Assembly (NCBI GenBank): GCA_049724395.1 | Contig: JAUGWO010000064.1 | Coordinates: 1-64,000 of the forward strand | Direction: 5' to 3' | Length of the DNA stretch: 64,000 nucleotides | Origin: Spongospora subterranea f. sp. subterranea | Lineage: Eukaryota | Part shown: piece after piece, positions 52,561-64,000 of the stretch | Numbering within the stretch: the first letter of the stretch is position 1 | How the letters are laid out: each line of letters opens with the position of its first letter | Notes under the pieces: generated by a model | Told to the model about the DNA's origin: nothing | The model's input: the letters and a program-made list of their open reading frames with translations, nothing else | The model's database searches: none | Made by a program: the position numbers and the translations under genes

Positions 52561-54985
52561 TTACGACCAATTTCTTGGCTGTAGACGCAGATCCCAGCGC
52601 CGATACGATGATGGCGATAGATCCAACGACACGCTCTTCTTCAGCGTCGGTTTCTGATTGCTGTGGCACGATCCGCTTAGGATCATACTGGGGTGTCCGG
52701 GCAGCCCAACAATCGACCCCGCGTTCGTCGGTGAACTCAGCGACCTCATTCGGCGCGCGATCCGCATCGAGATCGGCGAGATCCCCGACTCGAAGTCGTG
52801 GATCTCGACCAGGTCCCGGATGTGGATGGCGTCCTTGACCGTCTTGTCGTCGCACAGGAACTCGAACAGCTCGCTGCCGCAATACTGGTTCCCCTCGACC
52901 TTGATCACGATCTGGTTCTGAGCGATATCGCTCACCATTCCAATCTTGGGGCATTGTCGAATATTGGACGCCCTGATTAGAAAATTCAGCTCACCGTGTC
53001 GTTGTCGCTGGAGTAGCGCCATAACGTACCGTTGGAATTTCGGCGCCGGTGCAACGACCACCGACACGATGTCGCCCACGCGAACAGACGAACCCCCATC
53101 TTCCAGATCCGCCAACATGAATCGTACGAACCCTTCTTCAGGGCTCTCCTCAGTTTCCGGTATCGCTCCACCGCAAAGATCGTTCTGCGCCGGAAACTCT
53201 CAGGGGGCCAGTATATCCCGGCAAACAGCGAATGCTCGCGTACCTTATCATGGAGCAGACGGATCGTGCCGTATACGACGGCGGTGTCGGGCGCCTGGAA
53301 GGCGGAGCTCATCCCGTGCTGATCGCTAACCGCCCGCCGCAATGAGTCCAACATCGCCGGGTAAACGATCGCCGGTTTCTCAATCACGACCCCCAATATG
53401 CGGTCGTCGTTCAGCTGCACGGTGCCCTTGGGCAGAACCGATATGCGGATGGCGTTCTCCTGGCCGTGGTTGTCGGGCGCCACGTTGAACTCGATCTCGT
53501 CGCCGACCATGGGCTGGTGCGATTTCTCGATGAACTCGTTGACGTGGACGAACATCTGGTCCCGTTTTCCATCGAGTTTCAGGAACCCGTACATATCCTT
53601 CCAGATCGTAATGATCCCCTGTTTCCGACCTGTCGGGGCGCAACGCACCAGGAAGATCTCGGTCGCCGAGAGCGTCTGCGTTCGGCGATCGAGCTTGAGT
53701 CGGAATCCGACCTGGTCCCCCGGGAGCAGCTTAATCCCTGGGTACTTCACGTCGGCGCCAGTGAATCCCAACACGCTGTCCACACCCATCTGTAGCTCTT
53801 TGACGTGTTCGGCCCTGGCCCGCTCTTTGGCCGGCAACGTCAGGAACCCGGTGTCGTTGCTGCTCGGTCGCGCGCGGCGTCGCGTCTTCTGCGAACTGGC
53901 ATGGGAACTTTCCAGGCCGGATTTGATCACGCCATAGAGAACCTAAAGACGCGAATCTCAGGGAAAACGGGCTCATTCTCGCCAAACTGGGCACAGACCG
54001 AGCTCTTGATGCTGAAGAAGGAGATCGTCCCCGGGGAGAGCGCCTGGATTCGCACGGCGACAACTCGGCCCGACGACGTAGGCGACAGGTAGAACGCCAC
54101 TTCCAATCCCGGCTGAATATCAACAGGTTGCCCATCGCTCCCGACCGGCGCCATCTCCGAAAAATGGAAGAACACCTGTTTGTGGTCGCGCTCGGCGCAT
54201 TTGATGAACCCGTAATTCTGCTTGATACTGACCACGACGCCCTCTTCACGATGCGATGATACCACAGATTTATGCTCGGCGTCGTCGCCGTCCTGATGCC
54301 CGACCTTCGGGTCAACATGCTGGGTCCGTTCAGATGCGGTGAGGTTTTGTGTTTTCAGACAATATGGCGCTTACATGATCGTCGTGGGTCTTGACGAACA
54401 GGGAGGGGCAGGTTGGGCGGGACAGCACCTGGATGTTGACCGCTTTCTGCTTCCCGGTTGGCGTATCGGTGACGCGAATGAATTGCACGACGTCGCCAAT
54501 GATGACAGGTGGATGATCAACCCGGAACCTATTTTATCAAACTCAGACAGGAGAACCCTTTGTCTTTCATTGGCGAAAACCGTCTTTTGACGAAACAACT
54601 TTGCGAAAATATATCAAACACAAAAGTGTGGACAGACCGGATCTAATGATTCTATGCTCTTGGCGTCAATCTCGCTGTAGTGAAAGAATATTCTTTCGCC
54701 AGTTTCATCACATCGTACGAACCCGTACGCGTGCTTAAGGTTATGGACAACGCCATGCATTGGTAGACCATGGCGTAGTTCCTCGTCCCGGACCCGCTTC
54801 GCCTCGGCGTCGGCCTCGGCCGTGTTCGTCTGCTCATGGGCGCTGGGCGCCTGATCGAAGCCGATGGACGGGATGGGGACGGTTTTAATGGAGGTCGTGG
54901 AGCGATCGAAGGAGTCGGAATGTGGCTGGAGCCCTGAGGACACCTTCTCCATAGCGTCCGACGCCAGTTTCGGTGATATCGACAT
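52561..54985 (-). CDS. Multi-cold-shock-domain RNA-binding protein (CSDE1/UNR-like), spliced
   Basis: At least three CSDs with RNP1/RNP2: YGFVRC...IFFHYSEI; YGFIKC...VFFHFSEM; YGFLKL...MFVHVNEF...GDEIEF. Introns explain the frame changes. Confidence 0.85.
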
Positions 54986-55499
54986 TGGGTTAAGGAACCA
55001 GATTCGATGTTGTTGAGCCTTGTGGGAAACGCCTGTCCCTTTGATAATGAACGTGATCGCGTGCCATATCATTTATTATCCCATCAGTCATCCTCTGCCG
55101 TATCTCACACAGCTCACAATCCTAGAGAAGTCGTCATCGAAAACACGCAAAACAGAAGTCGGCTGATTCACCTTCTTCGGTCTTGGAAATGTAGACGTTA
55201 GTGCTCGTTCATGTAATTCACCAGCCCCTTAATACATGGCTGGGTAGAAACATGACCTGGGTTTTCATACTATGGTCTAGCGCTAATATACCAAACGAAA
55301 GTCCTGTTGAAAAAAGGTTCGTGGATTAAGGTTGTTTTTAGCGCCATCTCCCTTCTCAAAACTGGATAATTACGCGCACGTCAAGTGTATATCTCTCCCG
55401 AATTTTGAGCTTTGAGGCTCATTTCAAACTAAAAATACAGTAGCTCATAATAAAGACAAGGGTTTACAGGATTGTTTTATTGATGCCTCGGCATTGCTG

Positions 55500-57770
55500 A
55501 ACTAGAATCTGAGAACATGACGCACCTGCAGAAGACCTCAACCGAGCTGGAGAAGCCAACGTGGCTCCTGGGCCGACGATCAGCAGACCTCGAAAATCGT
55601 CATTGTTTCTGAAGTGTTTGCCGGTAGAAAAGGACAGACACACCTTACTGATGACCACCGTCGTGTCATGTGCGAATATATTTTGAAAATGAGCGATGCA
55701 GGGAAGTTTGTTAAAGGTTTGATTGCATCAGCAAGCCTCCAATTTTGCCATTTCACGCCGAACAGCCAGCAGGATATGGAACGAAGGGGTGAAAACCAGT
55801 GGCACCGGAATAACTTCTGCCGTCGTTTCTGCACAAAAAAACGAGAAAGGGTTGGTCAAAAAACAAAGCCCGTTGATCCAGAGAACGTCAAAAACTTTCC
55901 TGTACAACAACGATCAAATATTCGGTCGCTTGGGTGAGCTTCAGATCTGACCGCACAGTGCATCCAAGAACCAAGGAAGAAGTTCTCAAGCGCATTCAAA
56001 TGCGATAAAGCCAATCCTCACTGAAGCCAACAAGATGACCAGGCTAAAGTTCTGCATTTCCATGATAAACTTGTCACCCCATCATGATCCAATTTTTCAA
56101 GAACATGATGAACGTCGCCTTCAAAAACTAGTCAACGATCTTACTTATCTGCAGATGAGATTGAGCCACATCGTACCTGCAAGAGCAAACGCTTCATCAC
56201 CAAGTAATGATCATGGCGGCAGTGGCTCGGCCGCCATGGGACCGGTCTAGAAACAAATGGTTCGCCGGAAGCTCGGTATTTTCCCAGTTGTCTTCCAAGA
56301 ACCAGCAAACGGAAGCAGCAAGAACCATCCTGTTTGAACTATGGCAACCAAACCAACTGAGGTCATCAACTAACAACAGGTGCACAGGTATTAGTCAATA
56401 ATAAGTTCGTCAGTCTTGCAATCGAGTTTACTTGAGATGCCCTGGCGGATGGCTTGATTTGTTGGTACTCGTCTGGTAATCCATAAAGGGCCTTGACGCA
56501 TAGGGCTAGTTCGCCAACGTCGATGTTGTGCACTCTCAAGTCGTGATATAGTTCTACCATCTTGTCTATGTAGCCTGTCATGGTTTGGTTCGGCTGCTTC
56601 TTGTGGTGAATTAATTGGACAAATAAGTTGCTGCTTTTGGATGCCGCTGTTTGCGCGTAAATCTCGTGGAGCGTTGTCCAAATTTCGCTTGTTGTCGTGC
56701 ATCTCGACACTTGTTTGTATTGCGATTATGATAGTCGCATGTTGATTTGGGCAGAGGCTAGTTGATCGTTGCGTTGTTCGATCGTGTTGCCGCGGGTTGG
56801 CGGGTGGTGTAAGAACGAGTCGATGCCCATAATTATGAACTGTGTCTGGGTCTTGCGTCGGAATTCATCCCAGTTTCTTCCGGTGAATTCCGGGATCAGT
56901 TTCAGTCCCGAGCTTGTGTTTCGAGAGGTTGACATCTTCTCTTAGGTGGTGGTCCGAGTTCTGTTGCTGTTGTTGGTTTGGTAAGTCATTACTCTCGGTG
57001 TTCTGTGGAATCCTGTGAATTCCTGTTCTTTTTCGTCAGGAGTGGCCGGGTTGTTGACAGGACACCAAGACAAATGACTCGCCAAACCAACAACAACAAC
57101 AGAACTCGGACCACCACCTAAGAGAAGATGTCAACCTCTCGAAACACAAGCTCGGGACTGAAACTGATCCCGGAATTCACCGGAAAACTGGGATGAATTC
57201 CGACGCAAGACCGAAACACAGGTCATGATTATGGGCATCGACTCGTTCTTACACCACCCGCCAACCCGCGATAAGAAATGCCTTATTGAGCAATATCAAC
57301 GATTCGTTTGTCATGGCCAGAGTATTGGACAGAACCCATTTTTACCCAGCAGGACAACGCCAGTCCTCATATTGACGCTTCACAGATGACGAATTCAACA
57401 ATGAAGCAAGCGAAGATGAATTTGACATTCAGTTGACCTGTAAGCAACCGAACAGCCCTGACCTGAACGTTCCGTGATCTGGGTTTCTTTCGTGCCATCC
57501 AATCCCTTCAGCAACAACAAGCACCAAAGAATATCGACGAACTTGTGGACGAAGAGTCGTTTGCGAAACTTGATAGGGAAAAGCTGAACAATATCATTTT
57601 TGATCTCTCCAGCAATGTATGATAGAGATGATGAAAGTCAAGGGAGGCAACAATTACAAGCTGCCTCATATGGGCAAGGAACATCGTGAGCCAAGAACCT
57701 TGAAAACATTGCAAAACACCAAAGAAGCGAGGTCTGTACTCGTGCATGACTTCGTACAAGGAAAAACATG
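55500..57770 (+). mobile_element. Plant-type mariner remnant (third copy) interrupted by a Copia gag fold-back
   Basis: IKPILTEANKMTRLKFC, MIMAAVARP, QQDNASPH, PNSPDLNV.DLGFF, GGNNYKLPHMGK. Confidence 0.85.
56385..57270 (-). mobile_element. LTR-less Copia gag 5' fragment with an inverted duplication, inserted in the mariner
   Basis: MSTSRN...IPEFTGRNWDEF; TSEIWTTLHEIY; MTGYIDKM; ALYGLPDEY. IR arms 56791-57006 and 57057-57270. Confidence 0.82.
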
Positions 57771-58308
57771 AGCCATCTTGCTGAACCGATCAACGACCAC
57801 TAAAATCGAATCGGAGCCCCCGATTTCTGCAGTGTGACAATAAAGTCAATCGAATTTGAAGAGTGAGAGCTGTTTTCAAGTTGATCTGATCTGGCCCAGT
57901 AGTCTGACTCATTATACTGTAGGATCAGGGACGAACGAAACAGACTAACAGAGTTTGTCGGATGTGAATTCCCCTTCCAATTCGCATTAGTTTTCCGTAC
58001 AATATCAGTTTTAGCTCCGTTGCGAGGATGTTTGGGTTGGAACATGATGTTTTGGTGTGCCTTGGACGAAATCATTCCATAACAAAAATCAACATATTTG
58101 CCAACTAGGAGGGTCTATTGCTCTTTGGATACCGCGTAAACTTGCAAGGCGCAGAAGATTCAATCGTTAACTTTTCAAAAGCCTACACATCAAAATTTTA
58201 CTGAGTTCCCTCAGCAAAACTGGTATTTTCACTGGAAAGGTACTCCCCGACGCAATTAAGAAACAAGGCAAGCCAACACCGAACAGACGAAAGTTTGCTA
58301 AAGGAAAT

Positions 58309-59608
58309 TTAGAGTTTGCTATCAAGATACTCCTTGTAGAAGACCACAGTTGTGGAGTATTTTCCACCAGGGAGGGATAACTACGACGTTATTAACGAAA
58401 CCGGGTTCAACACACACCATTTTGGTGAATTCTTCGGCCCCTAGATCACTCATAGACGAAGCCTTCACAACGTCTGGATTCCAAACAACGGCATCTGGAA
58501 GTGACGCGTCCTTATAGATATGTATGACTCCATCTAATCGTTTCAGAATGTGAGTGTCGCTGTCAACTGCAAATCGGCTTCTCACCTTTGTCATTGATCT
58601 TGATGTGATTGGGTGCCTTGATATAGATCCTGTCAACCTCACCTGGAACTCAGGGTAAACAACTCTCGTGTCGATATACTGATACTATCAAAGGTACCGC
58701 ACCCTCAATTTTGATGGCACTTCGATCCGATTTACAGAGTTTTCCTTTATCTGCAGTGTCGATGTAATCTAGGTCTGTAAAATCCTCTAGAGTAACGTCC
58801 CTAATTTGCTAAGAATGATATAAGATCAATCAACGGTTTGATAGGGATTTTTTGAATGTCTCATTACGCTGATATTAAAATACGAGTGCAACGCGCATGT
58901 AAAACTCAGTGGCTCGTTTGATGGGTTGTTGATCTGCCACGTACATTGCAGATGATCGTCTTTAAGCTTCACAGTATATAGACTTGAAAATTCATGAGGC
59001 CAAATCTAGAACATTATGAGATTACGTCGCAAATTTAAAAATCAGATAGCATACTTTCTTTGTTTCGGCGTTGGAATCTAGCTTGAAGGTGACTTCTGCG
59101 GAATCTGGCGTGGTCTGCTCACTGTCAACCGCCCAGAGACTGGTTCTGGCGAACCCCTACTGAAGAATAAGCAAACTGTACCCACATTATAATAACAAAC
59201 CAACATGCGATGGAAGAGGACCTTTCGGCCCGAACTGTGGGAATATGATTGGAATGCCGCCCCGAATTGGTTTGGTCGTATCAAGAACAGCGTTCTTGCT
59301 CATGAATAGGATCGGATTGCGTTTTGTATGCGTATAGAACTGGGAGACGTGAGCACCTAGAAGATGGGCACTTCTGCTCAAAAAGCGACAGATCATTGTT
59401 TGGCGGTTGTTGAATTACCATAGGCGTAAATTTCGGCAAACGCATCTTGGCCAACTCGAAGCTCGATGCGTCGGTGGCGTCCTTGATCAACGTGGGTCAC
59501 AGATGCCATGGGCTGGCTGGCGTGAGCGGTGCGCAAATCACAGCAAGTGAGGCCGATGGCCACGGTTCCGGCCGCCACGGCCACCCCCGCCATTAACGCC
59601 CTGGACAT
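58309..59608 (-). CDS. Glucose-6-phosphate 1-epimerase (aldose 1-epimerase family), spliced
   Basis: GAHV, LFMSKNAVLDTTKPIRGGIPIIFPQFG...PSH, WPHEF, FTCALHSYF, DAVVWNP...MSDLG..EFTKMVCVEPG. One extra C at 58370-58372 shifts the last ~20 codons. Confidence 0.93.
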
Positions 59609-60543
59609 CGTCTCAAACGTGTAATAATTCGCCTAAATGATATCGTAACTTATGATTATATCCTCTGACTCTGACTGCGATCGGGATATTGTGTGGAATT
59701 TCAAAAACAGACCTGACTTAACCGCCGCTGTTAGAGCACTCATGTTAACGTAGCTTGGCACGTCTACAGTACATCCTAAATGGCTCTGTGACTTTACAGG
59801 GCGGCTGCTGCATCCCACTGTTACGATCAGGGGTCTTTTGCTCCACCGGGGAAAGGCGTCCAGTGAACTTTCGAGGCCCCCAAACTCAATTTTCAATGAA
59901 AATTTGAAGAATGGACCCCAAAGTACAGTACAAACGTGAACGAATTTTTGTTGCCGCAGAAAATCGAAACGCTCGCCGAGCCAAACTGTGCAAGATTCAA
60001 CCGAATTAAACTCGGGCGGGGAAATCTCTCATGAACACAGATGAGGTTCCGTATAAGACAAGTGAATCGGCGGCACCTCGCTTCGAAATCCAGAGCTCTA
60101 CTGAAGATTAATATCTTATTTCAGCCAGCTTCGTGATCGGGCCCAATTGCTGTCTCAGTTACAATGTTATGCAGCAAAGCAAGAACGTTCGATGATTCCA
60201 ATATTCCGCCACTTAAAATCTCTTACTTTGTTCCTGTAATCGGATGCAATCTTCGTTGGTGGCAACGAACGCATATAGCCCAAACACACGCAGTACGCTG
60301 CAATGAACAGGTTTTGTGTCTTGAGTTGATGGCATGATGAGAATGTCACCATCGTCTATTGTCGATATTGCCTAAACGAGACCAGCCTTCGTCGAAAGAG
60401 GCCACCGAACAATTCGTGTACAAATCATAGGATGCAATTATCCTGTACAAACGGGCACCAGAAATGGTTGCGTCAGCAGAGACAAGGATTACCGCTGACG
60501 TCGCAGTGACCGTCGGAAAAATGGATGGGTTGACGTCGTACGT

Positions 60544-61005
60544 AATCGATTGATTTTCTTCTGCCTTTCATGGCGGGCTATTTCTGCGACCAGTTCAGTA
60601 TCCAGCATATTTTCTGGGTTATTGCCTTGCTGTTGTGGGTGCTGCAATGCCTCCTCCTGCTGCCTCCTCCTCCTCTGTTGTCATCTCGCATATTTGGGGC
60701 TCTCAATCTGAGCAGGAGGAGGCATTTCAGCACCCACAACAGCAAGGCAATAACCCAGAAAATATGCTGGATACTGAACTGGACGCAGAAATCGCCCGCC
60801 ATGAAAGGCAGGTGAAAATTAATCGATTGAAACTGTCCGATCTTCTGCATTATCTGGAACTGATAAAGGAGAACCCAGCGGTGTAGCAAATTGAATGAAT
60901 ATTAACCGGGTTGAAGCAAGCACCTCGGTTCGATGGGAAAGATGCGAATTCCCACTACTGGCTGAGTAATGCAGCCATATATCTCCACCTAAAGGGATTA
61001 GGGTG
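60544..61005 (+). mobile_element. Copia gag N-terminal fragment with a fold-back inverted repeat
   Basis: Arms 60544-60661 and 60711-60828. The right arm continues into APRFDGKDANSHYWLSNAAIYLHLKGL (FDG...W...YL..KGL gag motif). Confidence 0.7.
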
Positions 61006-61725
61006 AGATCACAGGCATCGATAAGACCGGCGTGCCAACATCAGTCATAACAAACCTTGCCTCGCCTCTACAAACCCATCAGGACGTAAGGGCCCTTACT
61101 TTAATCCGCCTAATTTTGGTATGCGCTGGGACAGTCGTGTGCACGATAAACGATGGTGAAATTCCTCATCATACCAACAAATTTATTAACGCAAGACACA
61201 AAACCTTGCGCAGGGGTGCTATCTGCCTGCATTGAAATGATCAGTGAGGTTGTGCCGAACTGATCACCGTGATCAACCGAACTGTTCGGTGATATGAACA
61301 GAAATGATCGGTGAAGCGAGGACGATTCGAAACTGATCGATGTAATAAAGCGAATGTATCGATTACAAACAAGTTGAGTTATTTGAGTAAATAAGTAAAG
61401 GCATGACTTTTGAGTCTTGATCTTGAGGATCGCGCAGCCCTCGTCTATGCAGCCCCCCCCCCCCCGACTTGCAATGGCACTGCCACGTTTCGGCCTGGAA
61501 GCCGACTGCAGCAGTGTATATATAGAATAACGTAATCATGCATTAAAGTGGTACCGCTATGTGTATTTGGACTTTAATCCATTCGATAAACGCTGTGCAA
61601 TTTCATCGGAAATTGTTGCTCAACGCGGTCACCATGCTTTGTTCGATTGCGTGAAATATTTTTCAAAGGATTCACAGCATCGCTTGCAACATCGTACTCG
61701 CGGGTCGGGCACGGTCATTCAGGGT

Positions 61726-64000
61726 ATGACCGCCCGTCAAGACGATACTAACTACACCGTTATCCATGCCAACATCATCGCCACTGCTGAACGACTTAAA
61801 CGCCTCCGTCAACGGGCCAGCAAAGAGACACAAGAGAATCGGGCGCCGCCATGGGCATGCGCCGTCATCTCATCCTTACGCTCAGATGTTAATCTTCTTG
61901 TGAATGTGGCCAGGCACGATCCCAGTTTGCTCTCATCAATCATATTATTCGTGTTGAGGTCGAATTCTCCTGCTGATGATCACGCCATTATCAGCTCGTT
62001 TTTGCATTTATTCCTCGAATCGCCCGATCATTGCGTTCAAGATTTGTTTCGGCTGTTCTGGCTGAGATTTGGAGGCGCAGATTTTGCAGCGGCAAGCTTT
62101 GGCCCACTAGTCGTTTCGCTAATCGCTCCAAGAGGTATATCTTTTGATCTTGACTTGCAGGTTATCGTCCGGACGTTGGATTGCAATGTTATACTGCCAC
62201 AGATGGCGCCTAACGCTGACTTGCCCGGTGCCCGTCGCTTCCTCTGTTATCGCAACCATAATGACAGCGATTTAGACGACTATCACCGAACACACCTCCA
62301 GGAACGAACCCGAACAATCCGGCGACGTCTTGAGGCCCGTGCAGAACTCTGTATTCAAATCGTGACTGAAATGGTGGAGTCGATTTGCGATTTGTTGAAA
62401 GGATTCCCTCCTGGATTTGCATTCGTCTTGTCTGTTTTAAAAAAACATTCGAGCAAATCAGTTCGCGATAACAAACACGAGCTTAGAATGGTGTTTCTGG
62501 ATGCGATTTTCATCGCCGTATTTGAACAACCCGATTCTTTTCCTTTTATGCCAAAATATTTCTTCGACGAATTTTCGAGGCAGGTTTCTTTATTGCAGGA
62601 AATTGTTGCGTTTTTTGACCTTGATTGCTCAGGTCGTCTTTCAGGCAAATCGCACAGATCTTTGAGGCATTAGGCTCTTGCACTCCGATTGCGGGATGTT
62701 CGGCGCGAATAATCAATAATTTTGTTGCCGATTTCGGCCGTGTTGTTGATAAGTTGATCGATCATATCATAATGGGCGACAGTTGCGTCGCGCTCACCAG
62801 TTCATTTGCTCTTGAACCAATTCAAGTACAACACATTGTTATCGGAGGAAGAGATCTCCATCGTCTTCGAAATGGTGTTGCGCTTTTCTGTAAATGCAGG
62901 TATCCAACTACCGCTGTTCCCGAAGATTCTGCTGTTTTTGGAACAGGGCAACGATTACAGTCTGACAACGGAACTAATGATTTGCTGACGGTTGAGTTGA
63001 TTTCGCCTCACCCGTCTTCAGATTGGTACGGGCCATTGGATGAAGAGCAGGAAATGCTTCGCCTTCTGTTCGATTCGCTTGGTCGACTATCCATCCCGGA
63101 TTTGGTCCGCTCTGGTGATTCGTTCACCGATTACTTGCTGCATGTTGCCTCATATGCAGCGGTGCACTCTCGCCATTCATCCAGCAAACTTGCAGAATTG
63201 TCGTTTAGTTTGCTTCGACTTGAGTCTTTCATACAGTATGCTCAGAATAAGCCCTCCCGTGATTGGGCGACTCCATTAGTGCATTTTGTTATGACAGCTG
63301 TGGCGCGGCATGAAGAGATGCTGGCTGAGCATGTTGAACGCACTGAGGCTCAAATGTCATCGGTGACATCAATGAACAGAATTACGCTTCGATTGACTGA
63401 AGACGTCAAATTGGGGCATAAGCAATCCCGAATTGCCCAATTCATCTACCGTGCCAGTTTTAGTTTCCGGATTGTAATCAGAAGGAGCTCTAGTGCTGGT
63501 TCTTCCCGTGAACAATTTGTGTTGCCAAAACGATTTGCAGTTTTGTCCAGTAAAAAATGCCCCGTCAACATGCTGGAAGTCAACTGCACGTCTATCTCCC
63601 AAATTCTTGACGAATTAGAGCGCTTGGTTCATAGCTCTTATTCGGATATGGTTCCATCTGTCTTGAACCTGATTATCCGAAGGTTGTCTGCCATTCTAGA
63701 CCGAGACCTATCTGATGTCCCGGACGCCACCGCGATAATTCGCCGATTTTTAATTTCTCGTCTATACCGAGATCTATTTATTATGTCTGCACCTTCAGAC
63801 GCCGAATGTACGGCGCTACAAGATCAACTCGCAAAATTTTCGGCTGTAACCTTGAACGACCTCGACATGGTTGCATCTCCAGTCTTATTAAGCGCATTGG
63901 CATTGCCTATCTCGGAATTGGGACGCATCAACCTCTTCCTATGTCCGATACAAAAGATTGAATGTATTGTGTCCACAACCCGTTTGGCAATGGACTCGTT
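61726..64000 (+). CDS. RasGAP-like + VPS9 domain protein (GAPVD1/RME-6-like), spliced, partial
   Basis: Long first exon with a RasGAP-like helical region (SICDLLKGFPPGFAFVL; FLDAIFIAVFEQPDSF). The start of a VPS9 domain lies at the window end (ISELGRINLFLCPIQKIECIVST). Confidence 0.65.

Overview
Eukaryotic (protist-like) genomic window with compact genes, short (~50-60 nt) GT-AG introns and transposon-rich spacers. The taxon cannot be fixed from sequence alone; the architecture would fit a compact parasitic protist such as a phytomyxid, but that is inference only. Host genes: 26S proteasome ATPase RPT4, tRNA-Asp(GTC), a DENND4-like MABP+DENN Rab-GEF, a TVP38/TMEM64 membrane protein, exosome subunit RRP40, a secreted S1/P1 nuclease, a multi-cold-shock-domain CSDE1/UNR-like protein, glucose-6-phosphate 1-epimerase, a partial RasGAP+VPS9 GAPVD1-like gene, and a few orphan ORFs. 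Mobile elements: (1) the 5' part of a Ty3/Gypsy element with a Tf1-type self-priming site; (2) a complete, very recent Copia (identical 162-bp TG...TA LTRs, ATGAT target duplication, PBS matching the anticodon arm of tRNA-Asn) nested in a mariner; (3) remnants of plant-type mariner, pogo, PIF/Harbinger, MULE and Penelope-like elements. There are four tandem arrays (56, 32, 38 and 64 bp) and none is a CRISPR. The main unexplained pattern is at least seven fold-back inverted duplications with non-identical arms, mostly built from coding fragments of unrelated TE superfamilies; they may be hairpin-RNA/siRNA anti-TE loci or products of a recurrent template-switch process. Several extra bases in homopolymer runs break conserved genes and look like sequencing errors. 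All homology calls and identity figures come from manual translation and alignment by eye, not database searches.
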